Assembly (NCBI GenBank): GCA_039586795.1
Contig: JBDHJS010000014.1
Location: forward strand, 42,571 to 106,570
DNA from: Gemmatimonadota bacterium
GTDB lineage: Bacteria > Gemmatimonadota > Gemmatimonadetes > Palauibacterales > KS3-K002
Direction of reading: 5' to 3'
Length of the DNA stretch: 64,000 nucleotides
This document shows, piece after piece, positions 50,662-59,168 of this stretch. The position numbers were made by a program, and so were the translations under genes. Each line of letters opens with the position of its first letter. Within the stretch, counting starts at the first letter, position 1. The notes beneath the pieces were generated by a model that did no database searches, was not told the DNA's origin, and worked only from the letters and a program-made list of their open reading frames with translations.

Positions 50662-50794
50662 TCCAGCCCGATCCGTACGCCTGACTACCATTCTAGCGCC
50701 GTATCCCAATCGGTGCCACGTGGAACCCCGCCTAACGTCGTTTCTCCACCGACACCGGCACCCCCCTGTCCTACAATCACTTGGCCCGGTTCAC

Positions 50795-51637
50795 CTACCG
50801 TAATGCCGACTCGAGGGCCGTCGCCGCGTCCGTCTTCTCGTCCCGGTACTTCACGATCACCGGGGCGTACAACTGGATCCCATACTCCTCGGCGAACCCC
50901 CCCGACCCCCGTCGCGAGCCCGGCACCACCACCGCCCCCTCTGGCACGCTCAACGGTCGATCCGGCGTACCCCGATAGATCTCATCACGCACCAGGTCGA
51001 AGAGCGGCGTCGATGCGGTCAGGTTCACACCCGGAGCGATCACCGCCCGCCGACCGACCAGCGTCCCCTCAAACACCCCCGCGTTGCCGCCCACCACCAC
51101 CTCATCTTCGATGACCACCGGTCGGAGACCCACCGGCTCCAGCACGCCGCCCACCTGGGCGCCGGCGCTGAGATGAACTCGCGCGCCGATCTGGGCGCAC
51201 GACCCGACCAGCGCGTGGGAGTCGATCATCGTGTCTTCACCCACGTAGGCACCCGCGTTGATGTAGGCCGGCGGCATGATCACGACGCCCGGCGCCAGGT
51301 AGGCGCCTTCTCTCACCGACGTTCCACCCGGAACCACCCGGACATTCTCCAGGACGCCATCCGTGCGACGCAGCGGGAGCGTGTCGCGATCGAAGTACTC
51401 CTGAGCCGGCACATCGTAGCGTGCCGTAACGCCGATGCGAAACGCCAGCAGTATCCCCGCCTTCACCCACTCCACCGCTTCCCAGCCCGACGGCCCGGTC
51501 TCGGCGGCCCGCACCGTTCCTTCGCTCAACGCCGCCAGCAACCGGGCGACGGCTGCCCGAGCGGCCTCGTGGTCCGAGACTTCCGTCTCCGCCGACAAAC
51601 GCTCGATCTCGGGACGCAGCTTCGCCAGATCCATCAC
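50795..51637 (-). CDS. dapD: Tetrahydrodipicolinate N-succinyltransferase
   Basis: [29 protein letters not shown] and GGVLEP motifs; hexapeptide repeats. Confidence 0.95.
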   Translation of the reverse strand: MMDLAKLRPEIERLSAETEVSDHEAARAAVARLLAALSEGTVRAAETGPSGWEAVEWVKAGILLAFRIGVTARYDVPAQEYFDRDTLPLRRTDGVLENVRVVPGGTSVREGAYLAPGVVIMPPAYINAGAYVGEDTMIDSHALVGSCAQIGARVHLSAGAQVGGVLEPVGLRPVVIEDEVVVGGNAGVFEGTLVGRRAVIAPGVNLTASTPLFDLVRDEIYRGTPDRPLSVPEGAVVVPGSRRGSGGFAEEYGIQLYAPVIVKYRDEKTDAATALESALR

Positions 51638-52521
51638 AGCAACCCGACCCGCTCCAGTGCCTCGCGCACCCGCTCGCCGCCTGACGGGCTGATCGACACC
51701 AAAGGCAACCGGAAATACGCCGGCCCCCGCCCCATCATCTCCAGCGCCGTCTTCACCGGGATCGGGCTCGTCTCCACGAAATTCGCCTGCATCAACGGCA
51801 ACAAACCGAAGTGCAACTCGCGGGCCCGACCCAGGTCGCCGGAGAGCGCCGCGCGCACCATCTCCGACATGCGGTCCGGGGCTTCGTTCGCCACCACGGA
51901 CACGACGCCGTCACCACCCAACGCCAGCACCGCCAGCGTCAACGCGTCGTCCCCTGACAGGACCAGAAAATCGTCTGGGCGCTCACGGATGATCGCCTGA
52001 ATCTGTTCGATATCCCCCGAGGCTTCTTTCACCCCCACCACGCCATCGATCTCCGCCAGTCGTAGCAGCGTCTGGGCCGTGATATTTGACGCCGTGCGCC
52101 CCGGCACGTTGTAGACGATGACCGGTAGCTCCGCCGCCTCGGCCACGGCGCTGTAGTGGCCGTAAAGCCCGTCCGGCGTCGGCTTGTTGTAGTAGGGGCT
52201 CACCGAGAGGATGGCGTCCGCCCCCGCCCGGCGGGCGGCCTCCGCTCGTTCCACCACATCGGCGGTGTTGTTGCCACCGGCGCCAGCCAACACGGCGGCG
52301 CGTCCCTCGGCGGCCTCCGCCGTCAAAGCGATGACTTGGCGCTGTTCGTCCGGGCTCATCGTCGCGCTTTCGCCCGTCGTCCCGCACGGGACCACGACTT
52401 CGACGCCACCGTTGATGCACCACTCCACGTGCCGGGCCAGCGCCTCCTCATCGACGGCGCCGTCCACCTTGAACGGCGTGACCAGCGCCACCGCCGTCCC
52501 TCGAAACCGATTCAGCTCCAT
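51634..52521 (-). CDS. dapA: 4-hydroxy-tetrahydrodipicolinate synthase
   Basis: ALVTPF, GTTGES, PYYNKP, YNVPGRT, KEASG and SGDD motifs. Confidence 0.98.
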   Translation of the reverse strand: MELNRFRGTAVALVTPFKVDGAVDEEALARHVEWCINGGVEVVVPCGTTGESATMSPDEQRQVIALTAEAAEGRAAVLAGAGGNNTADVVERAEAARRAGADAILSVSPYYNKPTPDGLYGHYSAVAEAAELPVIVYNVPGRTASNITAQTLLRLAEIDGVVGVKEASGDIEQIQAIIRERPDDFLVLSGDDALTLAVLALGGDGVVSVVANEAPDRMSEMVRAALSGDLGRARELHFGLLPLMQANFVETSPIPVKTALEMMGRGPAYFRLPLVSISPSGGERVREALERVGLL

Positions 52522-53255
52522 AGCTCTTTCAGCATGTCATCCAGCGTGTACACGCCTTTTCGGCCTTGGATCCACTCGGCGGCCGCCACGGCGCCGCGAG
52601 CAAAGCCGCCACGGTTCCGGGCCTCGTGGCGAAGCTCGATCCGGTCACCCGGCCCCTCCAACCCGATGCTGTGCATCCCGACGATCTCACCGGCACGAAC
52701 CGCCGTCACTTGCAATGCCTCCGGATCTACCGCGCCGGACTCCGTGCCCAGCTCCCAGCGCTCTTTCCGCGACAGCTCGCCCAGCAACAGCTCGGCCAGC
52801 TGCCGGGCTGTCCCTGAAGGATGGTCGACCTTGTGACGATGGTGCGCTTCGAGAAGGTGGACGTCCCAGTCCGTCAGCCGCTCGGCCAGCTGCGCCGCGG
52901 CCTGGGCCAGCCGGAAGAACGCCTGCATGCCGAGGGAGAAGTTCGGTGCGTAGATGAGGCCCGTCCCTGCCGCCTGGGCGGCGCGACGCGCCTCGTCCAG
53001 CTGATCGTACCAACCCGTCGTGCCGCAAGCCACATCCACACCGGCCGACGCCAGCGCTGCGATGTTGTCCGCCGCCGCATCGGGGACGGAGAACTCGATC
53101 GCCACTTCGGCGCCGTTCAGCCCCTCCGTCGGCAGCCCGGCGCCCGGAGGGCTCTCGGCGGCATCGATACGAGCGACGATCTTGTGGCCCCGCTCGATCG
53201 CGGCCTCTTCGACCGCTCGGCCCATGCGACCGTAGCCCACCAGGGCGATCTTCAC
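52512..53255 (-). CDS. dapB: 4-hydroxy-tetrahydrodipicolinate reductase
   Basis: GYGRMG, GTTGW, NFSLG and EAHHRHKVDHPSGTA motifs. Confidence 0.96.
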   Translation of the reverse strand: MKIALVGYGRMGRAVEEAAIERGHKIVARIDAAESPPGAGLPTEGLNGAEVAIEFSVPDAAADNIAALASAGVDVACGTTGWYDQLDEARRAAQAAGTGLIYAPNFSLGMQAFFRLAQAAAQLAERLTDWDVHLLEAHHRHKVDHPSGTARQLAELLLGELSRKERWELGTESGAVDPEALQVTAVRAGEIVGMHSIGLEGPGDRIELRHEARNRGGFARGAVAAAEWIQGRKGVYTLDDMLKELWS

Positions 53256-54616
53256 GGCGTCTGCCTCTCCTCAGATTCGATGAGCGCGGCATGCAGGCGC
53301 CGCACCACGCCCGGCGCTTCCTCCGACGCTACCACCAGGCTGAGACACACATCGGAAGCCTGCGAGATCAGCCGCACCGGCGTCGCCCCCAGCGCCGAGA
53401 ACACCCGGGACGCGATACCCGGCTCCTGCAGCAGTCCGTGGCCCACCACGGAGACCGTGGCCAGATCGGGAATCACTTCCACTTCGGCGAAGCGGCTCAG
53501 CTCTTCCTCTACGCCGCCCAATCCTTCGTTCGCATCGAGGGTGAACGCCGTGGACGTGTGGGAGGTGGCGACCAGGTCAACCGGCAGCCCGTGACGCGCC
53601 AGCACATCGAACACCCGGGCCAGAAAGCCGTAGGCCATGAACATGGGCCGAGACATCACCTTGATCAGGGTCACCGACGGCTTGTGGGCCACCGCCCGCA
53701 CCCCGGTTACGCGCCGCGTGTCGTGGCGGACCCGCGTCCCCGGCTCCTCCGGGCGGCGCGTGTTCCGAATCGTCAGCGAGACGTCCCGCGCCGCCGCGTG
53801 CTTCGCCGCCGCCGGGTGGATCACCCGGGCCCCGAAATAGGCAAGCTCCACAGCCTCCTCATAGCCCAGCTCGGGCAGGATCTCCGCCGCCTCCACGTCA
53901 CCCGGCTCGGCGGTGAGCACCCCGTCCACGTCCGTCCACAAACAGACCTCTTCGGCACCCAGCGCCGCGCCGACGATCGCCGCCGTGAAGTCCGAGCCGC
54001 CCCGGCCCAACGTCGTGGTCACCCCGTCCGCCGTCGCACCGACGAAGCCCTGCAGCACAGGTACCTTTCCCTCATCCAGCAGCGGCTGCACGACCTCCCT
54101 CACCAGGCCCGCCGTCTCCTCGTCCATCGGCACGGCCGCTCCGAAACTGTCGTCAGTGCGGACGATACGCCGGGCGTCGACGACTTCCGCCTCGAGACCC
54201 TCCGCCCGTAGCGCGTTTGCCATCAGCACCGTCGACGCGTCTTCCCCGGCCGACGTGACTTCGTCCAGCAGACGACGTGCCTCCGCCGGCCCCTCGGGCT
54301 CCCCCGCCGCCGCCGCGCTCAGCCGACTGAATGCCTCGTTGATGCCTTCCAGCGCCGCCTCGAACTCCGGCGACTCGCCAAGCAGTGCACCGGCGACCTC
54401 TTCGTGACGGACCCGCAGCGCGTTGACCCGCCACGCGACCTCCGTATCCGCTCCCTTCACCGCCTCCAGCGCCAGCTCCACCAGATGGTTGGTCACCCCG
54501 GCCAGCGCCGAGACTACCACGACCCGCCGACCTTCCCGATCCCGCACCAGCCCCGCCGCGTGCCGGATTCGCTCCGCATCGGCCAGCGACGTCCCTCCGA
54601 ACTTGTGGACGATCAT
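53252..54616 (-). CDS. lysC: Aspartate kinase (two ACT domains)
   Basis: VHKFGGTS, VVSA, TTLGRGGSDFTA, WTDVDG and FGARVIHP motifs; start at MIVHKFGG. Confidence 0.96.
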   Translation of the reverse strand: MIVHKFGGTSLADAERIRHAAGLVRDREGRRVVVVSALAGVTNHLVELALEAVKGADTEVAWRVNALRVRHEEVAGALLGESPEFEAALEGINEAFSRLSAAAAGEPEGPAEARRLLDEVTSAGEDASTVLMANALRAEGLEAEVVDARRIVRTDDSFGAAVPMDEETAGLVREVVQPLLDEGKVPVLQGFVGATADGVTTTLGRGGSDFTAAIVGAALGAEEVCLWTDVDGVLTAEPGDVEAAEILPELGYEEAVELAYFGARVIHPAAAKHAAARDVSLTIRNTRRPEEPGTRVRHDTRRVTGVRAVAHKPSVTLIKVMSRPMFMAYGFLARVFDVLARHGLPVDLVATSHTSTAFTLDANEGLGGVEEELSRFAEVEVIPDLATVSVVGHGLLQEPGIASRVFSALGATPVRLISQASDVCLSLVVASEEAPGVVRRLHAALIESEERQTP

Positions 54617-55677
54617 CAGCGCCCGACCTCGCCCATGAAGCCGCGCACTCGACAAAGCTCGGCGTTCAGTAGCGCCGCTCCCGCGGCGCCACGCACCAGG
54701 TTGTGGACCAGCGCCGTAAACTTCACATCCAGCGCCTCACACTTCCTCAGCCGCCCAACCGTCACCGTCATACCGTAGCCCCGGTCTCGGTCCAGCCGCG
54801 GCTGCGGGCGCCGCTCGTCGTCCAGGATCTCCAGGACCCGCTCGGGCGCCGAGGGCAGATGGTCGTCCGCCACCTCGCTCATGAAGTTCTGGAACGCGAC
54901 CTCGATGTCCTTCACCTCCGTCGGCTGCGATAGCTTCACCGACACCGCCATCAGGTGGCCGTGGGCGACGGGCACCCGGTGCGCCTGGGCACTCACCTTG
55001 AACTCCGCCGGTGTCACCTCGCCGAACGCGAACTCGCCGAGGATCTTCTGCGGCTCGCTGGCCAGCTTCTCTTCTTCCCCGGCGATGAACGGGAGCACGT
55101 TGTCCAGCACTTCGGCCGCCGCCGGGCCCGGCCGACCGGCACCTGACAGACCCTGCAACGTCACCACGCTCACCCGATCCAGTCCGAACGCCCGATGCAA
55201 CGGCGCCAGCGCCAGGGTCAGCCCGACGACCGCGCAGTTCGGGTTGGTCACGATCGCACCGGGCCAGCGTTCGCTCTGGCGCGTCACCAGACCCAGATGA
55301 TCGCCGTTTACCTCGGGGATGATCAGCGGTACGTCCCGATCCATCCGGTAGGCCGACGCGTTGCTGACCAGCAGGTGGCCGCGTTCGGCCAGCTCCTCTT
55401 CCGTAGCCAGGGCGACGCCTCGGGGCAACGCCGAGAACAGCAACGGCGAGTCCCACGGTTCATCGAGAGTCTTGAGGGTGAGCCCCAACGTATGATCGTC
55501 GAGTGAAGGAAAGTCGCCGAGGTCGCTGAGCGCGGCGCCGTAGGTTCGCCCGGCGGACGCGGTGGAGGCGCCGACCTCAGCAAGTCGGAACCAGGGATGG
55601 CCCGCCAGCAACTCGGCCAACCGCACTCCCACGGTGCCAGTGGCACCGATCAACCCCACATCGATTCGTTCGGCCAC
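54616..55677 (-). CDS. asd: Aspartate-semialdehyde dehydrogenase
   Basis: GATGTVG, HPWF, SNAS, NPNC, SGAG, QPRLDR and HNLVRGAAG motifs. Confidence 0.96.
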   Translation of the reverse strand: MAERIDVGLIGATGTVGVRLAELLAGHPWFRLAEVGASTASAGRTYGAALSDLGDFPSLDDHTLGLTLKTLDEPWDSPLLFSALPRGVALATEEELAERGHLLVSNASAYRMDRDVPLIIPEVNGDHLGLVTRQSERWPGAIVTNPNCAVVGLTLALAPLHRAFGLDRVSVVTLQGLSGAGRPGPAAAEVLDNVLPFIAGEEEKLASEPQKILGEFAFGEVTPAEFKVSAQAHRVPVAHGHLMAVSVKLSQPTEVKDIEVAFQNFMSEVADDHLPSAPERVLEILDDERRPQPRLDRDRGYGMTVTVGRLRKCEALDVKFTALVHNLVRGAAGAALLNAELCRVRGFMGEVGR

Positions 55678-55769
55678 GCTGGTTTGTCGGTGAGATGTTC
55701 GAGCGCTTCGAGTGACCCCAAACTCCTCAGTTTAGGTCCGGCAGAGGAAAAGTCCAGACCGCCGGGCGC

Positions 55770-57113
55770 TCAGGGCAACGGCGGGATCTTGTCGCGCCAG
55801 ACGTCCAGTCGCTCCTCGCTCAAAAACAAGTAGTAGAGCCGCCCTTCCGAGTACTGGCCACCCGCCAGTTCCTCCGCCTGCCCGCCGACCCCATAGAAGA
55901 TATCGGCCCGCCCCGGCGACCGGATCGCGCCCCCGGAATCCTGGTCCAGCATAAACTGCGACATCCGGCGGAATCCCCCAGAGCCGTCGGGCACGCTCGT
56001 CACTACCAGCGTCACGCCGCCCGGCGGGAATACCGTCTTGTCCGTCGCAAGGCTACGCAACCCGGTGACCTTCACCCCCAGATTCCCTTCCGGCCAACTA
56101 CCGCTGTTCACCTCGCGGAAGAAGATGAAGCGCTTGTTGCGACGCAGGTACGTCGCCATCTCGTCCGGGTGGCTCTCCAGGTAGGCTCGCACTTCCTCTA
56201 ACGACAGCTCGTCCTCCCGGATCTTGCCGTCACCCACCAGCTGCAATGACACGCTCACGTAATCGTGACCGTTGTTGCCCGCATACCCGACCATCATCGT
56301 CCTGCCGTCAGGAAGCGCCAGCGCCGCCGAGCCCTGGATGTGCACCAAATAGGCCTCGAACGGGTCGCTCAGCCACACCAGTTCGCTCCCCTCCAACATC
56401 CCCGATGTCTCGATCACCGCACGGGTCGGATACGGACGTACTTCTCCGCCGATCTCCTGCCCCAACGTCTCGCCCGTCGCCGAGTCCTTCACCAGGTCGT
56501 ACGGCAACGTGTACAACGGATACTGGTACGGTCCTCCCCGCGTCCTCGACGCTTCGAAGACCGGCGCGTAGTAGCCCGTGAACAGAACATCGCCATCACC
56601 GTTCGACCCGACGCTGGAGAAAAAGTCGAACTGGCGTTCGATCTGCTCCGCCAACTGATCATCGTCTTCCAGATGCTCCACCAACCATCGAAACGCGTAC
56701 ACGCTCGCCCGGGCGTGCTCGTGCGTTACGCCGGCCGTCGGGAAGTGCTCCTGGCTCGACGGCTTCTCGAACCAATCGAGGCTCTGACCCAACGACTCGA
56801 TCAGCGTCGCCCGGTTCGAGCGCACCGCCACGTCCACATCCGACTGGGGGTCCCGACCGACCAGCATGAGCGCCGGGCCGCTCACCGATGTGCGCACCGT
56901 CGCCTCACGCGGCGTCTCGACCGCCACCTCCTCCGTCGCCGGCGTCTCCGCCACCTCCTCCGTTGCCGGCGTCTCCGCCGGTTCCGGTCCGCCAGGTCCC
57001 GCCACCGGCCCCGTCCCGGAGGGTGGCTGGCACGCGGCCAGGGCCACGGCGAGGGGGCAAAGAGCGATCCGTATCGCCCTAGAAATCAATTCCGGTCGAT
57101 GGTTGTATATCAT
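55770..57113 (-). CDS. mltA: Membrane-bound lytic murein transglycosylase A (lipoprotein)
   Basis: Lipobox LAAC, LFTGYY.P, HIQGS, SLATD, DQDSGGAI and RADIFYG (3D domain). Confidence 0.92.
   Translation of the reverse strand: MIYNHRPELISRAIRIALCPLAVALAACQPPSGTGPVAGPGGPEPAETPATEEVAETPATEEVAVETPREATVRTSVSGPALMLVGRDPQSDVDVAVRSNRATLIESLGQSLDWFEKPSSQEHFPTAGVTHEHARASVYAFRWLVEHLEDDDQLAEQIERQFDFFSSVGSNGDGDVLFTGYYAPVFEASRTRGGPYQYPLYTLPYDLVKDSATGETLGQEIGGEVRPYPTRAVIETSGMLEGSELVWLSDPFEAYLVHIQGSAALALPDGRTMMVGYAGNNGHDYVSVSLQLVGDGKIREDELSLEEVRAYLESHPDEMATYLRRNKRFIFFREVNSGSWPEGNLGVKVTGLRSLATDKTVFPPGGVTLVVTSVPDGSGGFRRMSQFMLDQDSGGAIRSPGRADIFYGVGGQAEELAGGQYSEGRLYYLFLSEERLDVWRDKIPPLP
56921..56979 (-). repeat. 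27-bp tandem duplication in the mltA linker (AETPATEEV x2)
   Basis: 56921-56947 vs 56948-56974, 26/27 identical. Confidence 0.9.
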
Positions 57114-57127
57114 TTATTTACAATAAC

Positions 57128-57439
57128 TTAATCTTCTTCGGCAAGCGACCGTATCAGGTCGCGTAGGAGGTGTTCTTCAAAGTTCGCCGCCCGCTCGTAC
57201 ACCTCTTCGTAGGTCGCCTCGATGAACAGGTCCGCCGTCTTCATCTCCACCCCCTTGGAGCGGAACAGGAAGCGCCCGCGAAACAGTCGGTCGGCACACT
57301 CCCGTGTCTGGAGCACGACCGCCCAATTCTCTCCGTCGTGGGGCACCGATCCGATCTCCGTCTCGCGTGGCTTCTCATCGAAGAACGCGAACTGGGGATC
57401 GACGTTGCCGGCCTCACCTTCGTTCCCGGATGATACCAT
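57128..57439 (-). CDS. Hypothetical protein (103 aa)
   Basis: SD GAGAGG before the ATG; co-directional with its neighbours. Confidence 0.75.
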   Translation of the reverse strand: MVSSGNEGEAGNVDPQFAFFDEKPRETEIGSVPHDGENWAVVLQTRECADRLFRGRFLFRSKGVEMKTADLFIEATYEEVYERAANFEEHLLRDLIRSLAEED

Positions 57440-57908
57440 ATCCTCTCACCACTCCACGGGAGTCCAGGATGACCCACACCTTGCCACCCGCCTGGGCGAG
57501 GAGCTCGGGCGGTGCTCCGATGATCGCCACCCGGTTCCCCACCGACGTGAAGATGTAGGGCCCCCCTTCCGTCACCTCGAGCTCGCCGACAACCGGCGTC
57601 TCACCGGCGATGGCGAGTATTTCGTACTCCTCAACAACCAGCGACGAACCCTCCGAGGTCCCCGTCACCTTCACCGTCGCGCCTTGTAGGCGGGCCAACT
57701 CGGCCTTGAGATCGCCGCTCACTTCACGGATCGCCGAATCGGTTTCGATCGCCACCTGGTAGATCGGCGTGCTGCCGCTCACGCTCACCGATCCGGTAAT
57801 CGTGATCATACCGGCGGGCCCCGGCTCATCGTTCGAGCCACCGCACGCGCAAAGCAGCAACGCGGCCGTAGCGATTAAACCGGCGGGTCGACCCGATAGG
57901 CCTGCGAT
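57414..57908 (-). CDS. Hypothetical lipoprotein with two beta-rich (OB-like) repeats; start uncertain (ATC 57908 or TTG 57860)
   Basis: Lipobox LCAC-GG; two similar modules ending GATVKVTG / GGKVWVI. Confidence 0.7.
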   Translation of the reverse strand: MAGLSGRPAGLIATAALLLCACGGSNDEPGPAGMITITGSVSVSGSTPIYQVAIETDSAIREVSGDLKAELARLQGATVKVTGTSEGSSLVVEEYEILAIAGETPVVGELEVTEGGPYIFTSVGNRVAIIGAPPELLAQAGGKVWVILDSRGVVRGYGIIRERR

Positions 57909-58120
57909 AGAGCTACCTCCAACTTGTGATCGTCGGCCCCCTCGAGGAAGCCGTGGTGTACGCTCAAGAACCGCTCTTCCGCCGGACCTTCCTCGTCCAG
58001 CGCTTTGAAGACCAGCCGGCTCATGGAGATCATCCCGCGATCGCCGCCCTCGGAATACGCTACGCCCCAGCGATTGCCATCCTGGTCTATGAACTCACGC
58101 TCTTCCGCCAACTGTCGCAC
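57875..58120 (-). CDS. Small hypothetical protein (RxFxDxxGxxWxV family)
   Basis: GTG start with AAGAGAG upstream; similar to 58207-58443. Confidence 0.7.
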   Translation of the reverse strand: MRQLAEEREFIDQDGNRWGVAYSEGGDRGMISMSRLVFKALDEEGPAEERFLSVHHGFLEGADDHKLEVALSQAYRVDPPV

Positions 58121-58206
58121 CTCTCTTAGGTATCCTGTTTCGGTTTGATTCGTTCCTCGTTTACTGTAACTTGGCTACGCCGCTACGGAAATAGGAGCAA
58201 TTGCAG

Positions 58207-58443
58207 ATGGCCAGGACTTTCAAAGATCGCACCGGTCAGGCCTGGATCGTCGACCGCGAGCACGGTCGCAACGAGCTGGTCTTCAGGCCGGCCCACGGCT
58301 CGCAAGGCGAAGAGCGGGTCGCCCCGCTCCCCACGCACGGCCATACCCAGGATCCTTACGAGTTCGCCGACTCCGAGCTGCAACGTCTGTTCGACAAGGC
58401 GCGACCGCGGTACAAAGGGCCGAAGGGGCCGTCGCCGTTCTAG
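58207..58443 (+). CDS. Small hypothetical protein (RxFxDxxGxxWxV family)
   Basis: AGGAG SD; similar to 57875-58120. Confidence 0.75.
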   Translation: MARTFKDRTGQAWIVDREHGRNELVFRPAHGSQGEERVAPLPTHGHTQDPYEFADSELQRLFDKARPRYKGPKGPSPF

Positions 58444-58447
58444 CTCA

Positions 58448-58600
58448 TCAAAGAAGTAACATCGCCACCGCTGCCGCCGTGACGACCGCCACCAGGAACG
58501 CCTGGAATGCCCATCCCGTGCTCGGGTGCTCGCCGCGGCAATGGGGGCAGCGCTTGGTGTGATCTGGAACCGACGATCCGCAGTGGCGACAGGTCTTCAT
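58448..58600 (-). CDS. 50-aa Zn-ribbon + C-terminal TM microprotein (absent from the ORF track)
   Basis: Manual translation MKTCRHCGSSVPDHTKRCPHCRGEHPSTGWAFQAFLVAVVTAAAVAMLLL*; AAGG upstream; starts just after the previous stop. Confidence 0.75.
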   Translation of the reverse strand: MKTCRHCGSSVPDHTKRCPHCRGEHPSTGWAFQAFLVAVVTAAAVAMLLL

Positions 58601-58607
58601 CTGACCT

Positions 58608-58838
58608 TCAGAACAGCATCTCTATCACGATCCACACCAGTACCGCAGTCCCGATCACCGGCAGGATCGTATAGTAAAGGAGTAATTTGCCCGCCCCCTT
58701 GAAGTACTCCCACTCCGTCTCCGTCTTTCGCACTCCGACCCAACACGGTTGACAGAGATGCTGGATCTCCTCGGTCACAGGATTGAGTCGGTAGTATTTC
58801 GCTTCGGCGGAACGGTCGCCGCACAACGGACACACCAT
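58608..58838 (-). CDS. 76-aa CxxC..CxxC Zn-finger + C-terminal TM protein
   Basis: GGAGG-N7-ATG at 58838; MVCPLCG...HLCQPCW followed by a hydrophobic tail. Confidence 0.8.
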   Translation of the reverse strand: MVCPLCGDRSAEAKYYRLNPVTEEIQHLCQPCWVGVRKTETEWEYFKGAGKLLLYYTILPVIGTAVLVWIVIEMLF

Positions 58839-58940
58839 GTTGTATCCTCCCCGTGTGATCCTTCCTTCGATGAGGAAATATGCCGGCTGATGATTCCGCA
58901 CGCTAGATGACTTCGTCGAGCACGAATGCGATAAGGCAGT

Positions 58941-59168
58941 AGATTCGGCCTCAAACCCTTCCTCAAGGACCTGGCCGAGATCAAAGCCGCCCGCCGCGGC
59001 GAGCTACTAAAAGATGCGGGCCAGACCGACCGACGCCTGTCCCGCATCGAGAACCAACTCGTGTCTCTCGAACCCTCGGTGCGCCGCCTCGCCGAAGTCG
59101 CCGACTTCGACCGTCAACTCAAGAGCGGCCGCCGCGAAGACCGACCGACTACTGCTCCGGACGCTTGA
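58941..59168 (+). pseudogene. 5'-truncated coiled-coil gene fragment
   Basis: Open frame RFGLKPFLKDLAEIKAARR...RRLSRIENQLVSLEPSVRRLAEVADFDRQLKSG... with GC3-biased codons. An in-frame TAA lies at 58932 and there is no start codon before the coiled coil. Confidence 0.5.

Noticed and set aside
50700..50718. Sigma54 promoter (TGGCAC on the minus strand)
   Set aside because: The -12 TTGC element is missing at the required spacing.
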